Below, in pieces: positions 38,701 through 46,220 of a stretch of DNA of 64,000 nucleotides (positions are counted from its first letter, which is position 1; each line of letters begins with the position of its first letter). A model generated the notes under the pieces. That model searched no databases. It was given only the letters and a program-made list of their open reading frames with translations, and was not told where the DNA came from. A program made the translations under genes and the position numbers. This DNA comes from an uncultured Spirochaetota bacterium (lineage in GTDB: Bacteria; Spirochaetota; Spirochaetia; SZUA-6; Fen-1364), in NCBI GenBank assembly GCA_963845535.1, contig CAWJSK010000012.1, forward strand, positions 448,001-512,000, given 5' to 3'.

Positions 38701-38801
38701 GATCCGCCGAAATGTCGAAGATGGAGCTCTTTTGCCCGGTATTCCCCCAGGCAGCGCAGCACGAGCTGCCGAAAGGGGACTGGTCTCATGATGTCGCTCA
38801 T
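35719..38801 (-). CDS. ygfK: YgfK Fe-S flavoprotein oxidoreductase; +1 insertions near 38731 and 37878
   Basis: MSDIMRPVPF start; GPAAGPHTQLAQNI, ELKTVQ, EGYNVEWSTEL, TLSTMHGCPP, KLNPTLLG, FGAKLSNT, EMYMSGRAL, CVEVCPNRAN and CNECGNC reassembled across three frames. Confidence 0.92.
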
Positions 38802-38891
38802 TGTCCCAGCATTTTAACCTGTATTCAGCGGACTGTCCATTTTTTGTTTTCCGTTGCAAGCGCGGCGGCGGGATCCGCTGTTGTAGGGATC

Positions 38892-39401
38892 ATGATACGG
38901 AACGTGGCGGCGGCAGTTGCGGTGGCTGTCCTTGCGTCATGCTCGTCCCTCGGGGAAGGGTCGGAGCAGTCAACACCCGGACCGGAGGACCACGTGATCA
39001 TCTTCGGCTCTCTGCGTGTGGACAGCTTTTTGCTCGATCAGGAGATAGAAGGCATCCTCATGGAGCGCACTGATCCTGGACGGGAGACGGAACGGATCGA
39101 GCCCACATGCAAAGGCACCGTGTTCTTCACGGAGCCTCTGCCCCTTGCTGCGCGTTGGAGAATAACCTCCGTTTTCGTTGGCGATGAGGAGATTCCCGTC
39201 CTCCTGGATTTCTCCGCGGACCGGCCCGGTCTCCTGTTCCTGGGAAGCCTCGAGATCCTCCGGGACGCGGAAGGGAAATGCCAGGTCCGCAGGCGCGCTC
39301 ATCCCTCAGAACGGGAGCTCTTGCAGGACCTCCTGGACGCGTGGCGCATGTCGGAGTGGGAAGCGGTCATCCTGGCACGGGTCCGGGAAATCCAGCCATA
39401 A
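38892..39401 (+). CDS. Hypothetical lipoprotein
   Basis: Signal peptide MIRNVAAAVAVAVLAS-C lipobox; no recognised domain. Confidence 0.65.
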   Translation: MIRNVAAAVAVAVLASCSSLGEGSEQSTPGPEDHVIIFGSLRVDSFLLDQEIEGILMERTDPGRETERIEPTCKGTVFFTEPLPLAARWRITSVFVGDEEIPVLLDFSADRPGLLFLGSLEILRDAEGKCQVRRRAHPSERELLQDLLDAWRMSEWEAVILARVREIQP

Positions 39402-39442
39402 TCGACCATACAATCGCGACTTCATATCGTGAAAAAAGCCAC

Positions 39443-39490
39443 TTGACGAATCTTTTGGATAGCCGTATAACTGCTTTAGGGTCACCTAAA
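39443..39490 (+). promoter_or_regulatory. Sigma70 promoter with DtxR/MntR-type operator
   Basis: TTGACG (39443-39448), 17 nt spacer, TATAAC (39466-39471); palindrome TTTAGG-GTCA-CCTAAA (39475-39490) over the expected start site. Confidence 0.85.
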
Positions 39491-39507
39491 AGCGGTCGGA
39501 GGCTGTC

Positions 39508-40167
39508 ATGGAATCACCCATCGTCGAGGAGTACCTGGAGGCCATCTACAAGCTGCACCAGGACGGGAAAAAGCTCGGCACGACGGAGCTGGGGAAAGAG
39601 CTGTTGGTGTCCCCTGCGTCGGCCACGGACATGATGGATCGGTTGATCGACAAAGGGCTCGCGGAGAAAAGCAGGGAAAAGGGAATCGAGCTGACGCGCA
39701 AGGGGAGAAAAGCGGCTCTGGAGCTCATCCGCAAGCACCGCATCTCCGAGCGCTTCCTCGTGGACGTGCTCGGAATGGACTGGAAGGACGTCCATGAAGA
39801 AGCGTGCAAGCTGGAGCACGTGCTGTCCCCCGAGGTCGAATCGCGCATGGAGGCGCTCCTGAAAAACCCGGACACCTGCCCGCACGGCCAACCCATTCCA
39901 GACCGGCTCGGCCGCACGGCGGAGGCCCCCGCGCGGCGTCTCAGCAGCTTGAAGCGGAACGAAAGCGGCGTCATTGCCAAGATCGCGGAGGAGCGCCGTG
40001 ATCTCCTTGAGTACCTTGCCACCCTCGGGATGATGCCGCGGGTGGCCGTCCACGTGGAGCAGGTTGCGCCTTTCGACGGCCCGCTCCTTGTCCGGGTGAA
40101 CGGAGCAAGCTACGCGCTGGGACGGGAAGTTGCTGAGAAGATCTGGGTGAAGGAGTCCGCCACATGA
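39508..40167 (+). CDS. DtxR/MntR-family metal-dependent regulator with C-terminal FeoA domain
   Basis: EEYLEAIY, RKHRISERFL, HEEACKLEH and CPHGQPIP; FeoA-like APFDGPLLVRV. Confidence 0.93.
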   Translation: MESPIVEEYLEAIYKLHQDGKKLGTTELGKELLVSPASATDMMDRLIDKGLAEKSREKGIELTRKGRKAALELIRKHRISERFLVDVLGMDWKDVHEEACKLEHVLSPEVESRMEALLKNPDTCPHGQPIPDRLGRTAEAPARRLSSLKRNESGVIAKIAEERRDLLEYLATLGMMPRVAVHVEQVAPFDGPLLVRVNGASYALGREVAEKIWVKESAT

Positions 40168-42218
40168 GCCTTTCCTGTTGCGGCGCGGTCAACGAGGTCA
40201 GGGGCCACACCGATTTCGTTTTTGCCCTCGCGGGCAATCCCAACGTGGGGAAATCTTCCATCTTCAACACGCTCACGGGGACCGGCGCCGTCACGGCCAA
40301 CTACCCGGGCAAGACGGTGGAGATCAACGTCGCCTCCACCCGGCTCGGTGAGCTCCGCATCGGCCTCGTGGACCTGCCGGGAACCTACGCGCTGGGCGCG
40401 GTCTCCGAGGACCAGTGGGTGGCGCGCCAGGGAATCCTGGACGGAAACCCGGACGCGGTCATCGTAATCCTGGACGCCACGAACCTGGCGCGCAACCTCT
40501 ACATGCTCCTGCAGCTCCAGGACATGGGCTTCCCGGTGGTCGCAGCGCTCAACCTTTTCGACCAGGCCAAGAAAAAGGGGATCGTAATAGACGTGGCGGC
40601 CCTTTCGCGCATCCTCGGGATCCCGGTGATTCCCACCGTGGCCACGCATGGGGAAGGGCTTGAGGCGCTTCTGGGCGCGGCGGTGACGACGGTGCGTTCG
40701 GCCCGCAAGCTGAAATGCGACTGCGAGGCCGTCCCCGAACCGCGCGCGGCCCGGGAATACGGTGCCGACGTGGAGGCGGTGGTTCGGCGCCTTTCCACCC
40801 ACGTCTCGACTCTCCTGGACGGCGACGCGCCGCACATCAGCCCGCGGGGGCTGTCGCTTCTCCTCCTGGAAAACGACTCCCAGTTCAAGCGGCTCGTCCG
40901 CGAGGCGCAGGGCGGGCCGCGGCTCCTTTCCCTCGTGGACGAGGCGGCGGCGCGCATCCGCGACGCGCACGGAGAGGACGCGGCGCTTCGCATCATCAGG
41001 GAGAGACATGGCCTTGCCGGCGCCATCGCCGACCAGGTGCAGAAGCGGGGCGGCGACAGGGAGCTCTTCTCCCAGCGGTTGTGGCGCCTCACCACGTCCC
41101 CGCTCACGGGGCTGCCCATCCTTGCCGCGGCCCTGGGCGGCATCTTCGCCTTCCTCTTCATCGTCGGTGACTTCCTGGCGCGGATGTTCAGCACGCTCTG
41201 GGCGCTGGGTTTCTCCCCGCTCATCCAGGGTGCAATCCACGTGATTGCCGGCAACGGCGTGATCGCAAAGATCCTGATCTGGGGCCCTGACGCGGGAATC
41301 GAGGCGGCCCTGGCCGTGGGAATCCCCTACGTCCTTACGTTCTATTTCCTCCTGGCGTTCCTGGAGGACAGCGGATACCTCAATTCCGTGGCCTTCCTCA
41401 CTGACCGGATCATGCACCGCTTCGGCCTGCACGGCCGCTCCATCATCCCGCTGGTTGCGGGGGCCGGCTGCAACGTTCCTGCCATCATCGGCACGCGCGT
41501 GCTGACCACAATGCGGGAGCGGACCATCGCAAGCACGCTCATTGTGCTCATCCCGTGCAGCGCGCGCACCGCGGTCATCCTGGGAGCGCTTGCCAGCCTT
41601 GCGGGGTGGCAGTGGGGAGTCGCCGTGTTCCTCCTCATGGGGCTCCTTGTAGCGGCGGTCGGCGTTGGGCTGAACAAGATCATGCCGGGGGAATCCAGCG
41701 GCCTGGTCATGGAGATGTTTCCTTTCCGCATGCCGTCCCTGAAATCCATCACGATCAAGACATGGTTCAGGTTCAAGGACTTCATCTTCGTGGCAACCCC
41801 TATTGTCCTGGGCGGGAGCCTCCTTCTGGGCGCCCTGTACGAGACAGGGCTGATCTGGAAGCTCGCCTCCCCCCTTGCCCCCGTCATGCAGGGCTGGCTC
41901 GGCCTTCCGGCCGTGGCGGGGTTGACGCTCATCTTTGCGATCTTGAGGAAAGAGCTCGCGCTCCAGCTTCTCCTTACCCTGGCCATCGTGCGCTACGGTC
42001 CCCACACCAAGAGCCTCCTGGACTTCATGGTGCCTTCGCAGCTTTTCGTGTACGCGCTCGTCAACACCATCTACATCCCCTGTGTCGCCACGGTGGCCGT
42101 TCTCGGCAAGGAGCTGGGCTGGAAGCGGGCGGTCTTGATCATGGCGTTCACCATCGCGCTGGCGCTGACGGTGGGAGGCGGCGCGCGATGGGTCATGCAC
42201 GCGTTCGGGATCGGGTAG
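40164..42218 (+). CDS. feoB: Ferrous iron transporter FeoB
   Basis: GNPNVGKS, NYPGKTV, DLPGTY, LEDSGY, GCNVPA, IPCSAR and YIPCVAT. Confidence 0.95.
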   Translation: MSLSCCGAVNEVRGHTDFVFALAGNPNVGKSSIFNTLTGTGAVTANYPGKTVEINVASTRLGELRIGLVDLPGTYALGAVSEDQWVARQGILDGNPDAVIVILDATNLARNLYMLLQLQDMGFPVVAALNLFDQAKKKGIVIDVAALSRILGIPVIPTVATHGEGLEALLGAAVTTVRSARKLKCDCEAVPEPRAAREYGADVEAVVRRLSTHVSTLLDGDAPHISPRGLSLLLLENDSQFKRLVREAQGGPRLLSLVDEAAARIRDAHGEDAALRIIRERHGLAGAIADQVQKRGGDRELFSQRLWRLTTSPLTGLPILAAALGGIFAFLFIVGDFLARMFSTLWALGFSPLIQGAIHVIAGNGVIAKILIWGPDAGIEAALAVGIPYVLTFYFLLAFLEDSGYLNSVAFLTDRIMHRFGLHGRSIIPLVAGAGCNVPAIIGTRVLTTMRERTIASTLIVLIPCSARTAVILGALASLAGWQWGVAVFLLMGLLVAAVGVGLNKIMPGESSGLVMEMFPFRMPSLKSITIKTWFRFKDFIFVATPIVLGGSLLLGALYETGLIWKLASPLAPVMQGWLGLPAVAGLTLIFAILRKELALQLLLTLAIVRYGPHTKSLLDFMVPSQLFVYALVNTIYIPCVATVAVLGKELGWKRAVLIMAFTIALALTVGGGARWVMHAFGIG

Positions 42219-42228
42219 GAGGCGAAGC

Positions 42229-42420
42229 ATGTGGGGAAAAAGAAGCCGCGAATCCGCGGCAGCGGAAACGCCGCAACGGACGGTCACCGTCCAGTGCCCG
42301 CTGTGCGGCAACCGCTTCGATCCTGCGCAAAGCCAGGCGTGCGCCCACTGCCCGAAGCTTTTCCGAAGCTGCGGCATGGTGGTCTGTCCGCGCTGCAGCC
42401 ATGAGTTCGTGCGCATGTGA
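42229..42420 (+). CDS. Small Cys-rich protein downstream of feoB
   Basis: CPLC..CAHCP..C..CPRC; AGGAGG RBS; 63 aa. Confidence 0.75.
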   Translation: MWGKRSRESAAAETPQRTVTVQCPLCGNRFDPAQSQACAHCPKLFRSCGMVVCPRCSHEFVRM

Positions 42421-42546
42421 GGGGGGGCGCGGTCGGACGCGCGCGCCCCCGCGCGGCGGGTGCGCCCTGCCGCAGCGCTGCGCGCCCCTGCGGCGTCGAG
42501 ACCGTTTTCCCTTGACGACGAGAGCCCGGCCAATTACTGATTTGCC

Positions 42547-42846
42547 ATGGCGGCGGCCGTGCTGGCCGCGGGGATCGGACTGGCGGTCACGGGAATCATC
42601 TCCACGCTTGCAGAGGCGATGGCGGCATTCGGAAAAGCGCTCGTGTGGTCGAAGCCCGTGGGAGACCTTTCCGGAAAAACCATCATCGGCATTGCGGTGT
42701 GGCTCGTGTGCTGGCTCATCCTGGGGCTGGCATGGAAGGACCGCGATGTCAGTTTCAGGCCCGTCGTCATCGTGTCAGCCATCCTGCTGATCGTCGGCCT
42801 GCTGTTCACGTTCCCTCCGGTTTTCCAACTGATTGCAGGGGGGTAG
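42547..42846 (+). CDS. Small membrane protein with about 3 TM segments, function unknown
   Basis: AAVLAAGIG..STLAEA..PVGDLSGKT..TFPPVF; TTGACG upstream at 42512. Confidence 0.7.
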   Translation: MAAAVLAAGIGLAVTGIISTLAEAMAAFGKALVWSKPVGDLSGKTIIGIAVWLVCWLILGLAWKDRDVSFRPVVIVSAILLIVGLLFTFPPVFQLIAGG

Positions 42847-42910
42847 GCGACGCGGAAGACTGGGCGCTGTCGGACGCGCGTGCGCCGTGGAGCGGAGTGC
42901 TCAAGCCGTC

Positions 42911-43366
42911 TCAGTAGACCACTTTCTCCATGTAGACGAGCATCACGCGATCACTCAAGGGCTCTCTCTTGAACTCGTGATACCCCAGGGAACCGTAGAG
43001 GGCGAGATTCTTCGCGCTCATCTCTCCCGTGAACAGCTCGAACCGTCGGGCGCTGAGGAAGATGGACTCCACAGAGCCCAGGAGCTTCTTGCCAATGCCC
43101 TTGTTCTGGAACTCGGGGTGCACAATGAGCCTCTCGACGAAACAGGTGTCATCCTTCACGAACGCACGGACCGAACCGATTATTTTCCCTGATTCGACTG
43201 CTTTCAGGACGACCTTGTTCTCGAACTCATCCCGCATGCTGTCGATGCTTTGCTGCAGCGGCGGGATGGAGTAGTCGTCATAGATGGCGGCCTCGGACTG
43301 GTAGCACAGCCTCTGCAGGTCCAGGATTGCAGAGGCATCCTCGGCAACGGCAAGCTTTACGCGCAT
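42911..43366 (-). CDS. GNAT N-acetyltransferase
   Basis: LQRLCYQSEA, IIGSVRA, RLIVHPEFQNKGIG, LFTG and NLALY; start at ATG 43366. Confidence 0.9.
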   Translation of the reverse strand: MRVKLAVAEDASAILDLQRLCYQSEAAIYDDYSIPPLQQSIDSMRDEFENKVVLKAVESGKIIGSVRAFVKDDTCFVERLIVHPEFQNKGIGKKLLGSVESIFLSARRFELFTGEMSAKNLALYGSLGYHEFKREPLSDRVMLVYMEKVVY

Positions 43367-43490
43367 GATTTTACGAGTATGAATACACCATTCCAGGATA
43401 TTTATAAACAGCCCTAGCCATGGAGGGCGGAGGGCGAGCGAAGCAGGCTTCTCCTTGACATTGGGCTCGGCCTGAGTTTTCATCCTTGTC

Positions 43491-44951
43491 ATGATCACAC
43501 TGGAAAAGCATCCCGAGGCGCGCGCGCGCAACATCCGTCGCTGCAAAGACAAGGGCATCGTCCTTCCCACCTTCGCCCAGATGAAAGCCCCCGAAAAGGC
43601 ACCCCCCAGGATCAAGGAAGCCCTGAAGAAGACGGGACTCTGGGACCTGAACCCCTTGAACCTCTTTCGCATAAGCTGGCGAAACCAGCCGGTGGAGTCC
43701 GGCGGGCTTTTCGGTGAGGTCAACTTCCTGGAGTTTCCCCCCTCTCTCACCGGGGTTCCCGCGCGGATAATCGCCCTGGTCGGCAAGTGGTTCCCCACGG
43801 GCGCGCACAAAGTGGGCGCCACGTATGGGTGCCTCGCGCCGGCGCTCGTCACGGGGTCATTCGATTCCACGAAGCAGAAGGCGGCGTGGCCCTCCACGGG
43901 GAACTACTGCCGCGGAGGAGCGTTCAACTCGGCGCTTCTGGGCTGCCAATCCATCGCCATCCTGCCGGAAGGGATGAGCAAGGAGCGGTTCCAGTGGCTG
44001 TCGGAAATAGCCGGTGAGGTGATCACCACGCCCGGAAGCGAAAGCAACGTGAAGGAGATCTTCGACAAATGCCACGAGCTATCCTCCGAGCGCGGGGATG
44101 ACATCGTCATCTTCAACCAGTTCGAGGAGTTCGGGAACTACCTGTGGCACTACGAGGTCACGGGAGAGGCAATTGCGCGCGTGATGGAGCGCGTTCTGGG
44201 CCCGGCGGATGCGCTTGCGGCGTACGTGTCCTCCACCGGCTCCGCGGGCACCATCGCTGCCGGAGACAGCCTGAAAAAGAAATTCCCGGGCGTGAAGATC
44301 GGCGCGGCGGAAGCTTTGCAGTGCCCCACGCTGCTTCGAAACGGGTTTGGGGCGCACAGGATAGAAGGGATCGGGGACAAGCACGTCCCGTGGATCCATA
44401 ACGTGCGCAACCTGGATGCGGTGATCGCCGTGGATGACAACGACTGCATGAACCTCCTGAGGCTCTTCAATGAAAAGGAAGGAAAGGCGTTCCTCGCCTC
44501 CCGCGGGGTGCCGCAGAAGCTGATCGACTCCCTCGACCTCCTGGGGATCTCGGGGATGGGAAACGTCCTTGCCTCCATCAAGCTGGCCCGTTACTACGAG
44601 CTGTCGGAGAAAGACGTGGTGGTCACCATCCTGACGGATTCCATGCAGCTGTATGGCTCGCGCGTGAAGGAGCTTGCGGAGCAGCAGGGCGCGTTTGACA
44701 CGGCCGCCGCGGTGCGCGCGCACGCGGTCAGCCTCGAGGGGCAGCGGTCCGACAATGTGCTGGAGCTCACCTATCCCGAGAGGAAGCGCGTTCACAATCT
44801 CAAGTACTACACGTGGGTCGAGCAGCAGGGCAAAACCGTGCAGGAGCTGAACGCGCAGTGGGATGACCCCTCGTACTGGACGGGGGTCCAGGAGCAGGCG
44901 CCGCGGATCGACGCGCTCATCGAGGAATTCAATGCCGAGGTCGGGCAGTAG
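43491..44951 (+). CDS. Fold-type-II PLP-dependent enzyme (cysteine-synthase-like, uncharacterised subfamily)
   Basis: KWFPTGAHKVGA (PLP Lys), STGNYCRGG, GSAGTIAAGD and HRIEGIGDKH. Confidence 0.85.
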   Translation: MITLEKHPEARARNIRRCKDKGIVLPTFAQMKAPEKAPPRIKEALKKTGLWDLNPLNLFRISWRNQPVESGGLFGEVNFLEFPPSLTGVPARIIALVGKWFPTGAHKVGATYGCLAPALVTGSFDSTKQKAAWPSTGNYCRGGAFNSALLGCQSIAILPEGMSKERFQWLSEIAGEVITTPGSESNVKEIFDKCHELSSERGDDIVIFNQFEEFGNYLWHYEVTGEAIARVMERVLGPADALAAYVSSTGSAGTIAAGDSLKKKFPGVKIGAAEALQCPTLLRNGFGAHRIEGIGDKHVPWIHNVRNLDAVIAVDDNDCMNLLRLFNEKEGKAFLASRGVPQKLIDSLDLLGISGMGNVLASIKLARYYELSEKDVVVTILTDSMQLYGSRVKELAEQQGAFDTAAAVRAHAVSLEGQRSDNVLELTYPERKRVHNLKYYTWVEQQGKTVQELNAQWDDPSYWTGVQEQAPRIDALIEEFNAEVGQ

Positions 44952-44954
44952 CAC

Positions 44955-46199
44955 ATGCCCGTCATCTACACCTGCACGAGCTGCGGGCGCCGGATCACCA
45001 CGGATGAGGTGATCTACCGTTGCCCGGACTGCGCCGGCAAGAACGCGGGCCCCGTTCAGGGCTTCCAGCGCGGGAACCTTGCCGTGGAGATCGAGCCTTC
45101 CGTCTCGTTCGTGCCCGGCAAGCCCGTGGACCCGCTCGCTTTCCTTCCGTTGCCGGTGAGGCACGCGGGAGCATACCCCGTGGGAGGGACGCCCCTTGTG
45201 ACTCCGGATCGGCTTCGAGAGAAAACAGGGTTTCCCGGCGTTTCTTTGAAGCTCGACAGCCTCAATCCTTCCGGATCACTGAAGGACCGGGCGTCCCTCC
45301 TGGTTGCCGAGCAGGCAAGGGCCCACGGAGTGGACACCGTCACCCTTGCCTCCACGGGAAACGCCGGGGCGTCCATGGCGTGCGCGGGAGCCGCTTTCGG
45401 GCTCGGCGTCGTGCTGTTCGTTCCCGGCACGGCACCTCGCGCCAAGCTGCTTCAGTCCCTGCTCTACGGAGCCCGCGTGGTGCCCATCCAGGGGACATAT
45501 GATGACGCATTCGCCCTCTCCATCGAGTACACGCGCGCTTTCGGAGGGATCAACCGCAACACCGGCTACAACCCTTTCACCGTGGAAGGAAAGAAGACCG
45601 TGTCCATCGAGCTGTACAACCAGCTCGGTTGTCGGGTGCCTGACGTGGTGTACGTGCCGGTGGGAGACGGCGTGATCATCTCCGGCGCCTGCAAGGGTTT
45701 TGCGGACCTCGTTCGAGCGGGCCTTGCGGAAAAGATGCCCGTCATGGTCGCGGTTCAGGCCGAAGGGAGCAATGCCATTGCGCGCAGCTGGAGGGAAGGG
45801 CATGAGGTGGTCCTCTCCCGCGTTTCGACCATCGCTGATTCCCTGTCCGTTGCCTCCCCTGCCTGCGGCGCCATGGCCCTTGACTGGCTGGAACGCACAC
45901 AGGGAAGGGCCGTGGAGGTGAGTGATGAAGAGATCAGCGCGGCGCAGTCGGAGCTCGGCAGGGAGTCAGGGACTTTTGTGGAGCCTTCATCTGCCGCGGC
46001 ATGGGCGGGTTTCCTGAAAGACCGGCCGAACGTGGACCGTTCCGCGGCGGTGGTTGTCCTTCTGACCGGCACCGGGTTCAAGGACACGGGAGCCGCGGAG
46101 AAGCTCGTTTCGATGCCCCAGCCCTGCCCAGCGGACCTGGCCCACGCGCGGCGGCTGCTGGAAACCTCGTATGCCCCCGGGCCGCGCGTCAGGCCGTGA
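44955..46199 (+). CDS. Threonine-synthase-like PLP enzyme with N-terminal Zn ribbon
   Basis: CTSC..CPDC, NPSGSLKDRAS, ASTGNAG, EGKKT, PVGDG, EPSSAA and LTGTGFKD; 3 nt after the upstream PLP gene. Confidence 0.85.
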   Translation: MPVIYTCTSCGRRITTDEVIYRCPDCAGKNAGPVQGFQRGNLAVEIEPSVSFVPGKPVDPLAFLPLPVRHAGAYPVGGTPLVTPDRLREKTGFPGVSLKLDSLNPSGSLKDRASLLVAEQARAHGVDTVTLASTGNAGASMACAGAAFGLGVVLFVPGTAPRAKLLQSLLYGARVVPIQGTYDDAFALSIEYTRAFGGINRNTGYNPFTVEGKKTVSIELYNQLGCRVPDVVYVPVGDGVIISGACKGFADLVRAGLAEKMPVMVAVQAEGSNAIARSWREGHEVVLSRVSTIADSLSVASPACGAMALDWLERTQGRAVEVSDEEISAAQSELGRESGTFVEPSSAAAWAGFLKDRPNVDRSAAVVVLLTGTGFKDTGAAEKLVSMPQPCPADLAHARRLLETSYAPGPRVRP

Positions 46200-46220
46200 T
46201 CTGCGCCCGACAACGGCCCA

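Noticed and set aside
35719..38801. Selenocysteine read-through or programmed frameshifting in ygfK (also polB and rlmN)
   Set aside because: The breaks are single extra bases rather than in-frame TGA codons, show no consistent slippery site, and follow the window-wide insertion pattern.
42911..43366. GNAT as the missing capnine N-acyltransferase
   Set aside because: Small generic single-domain GNAT about 10 kb away with its own promoter; nothing links it to the cap-like operon.
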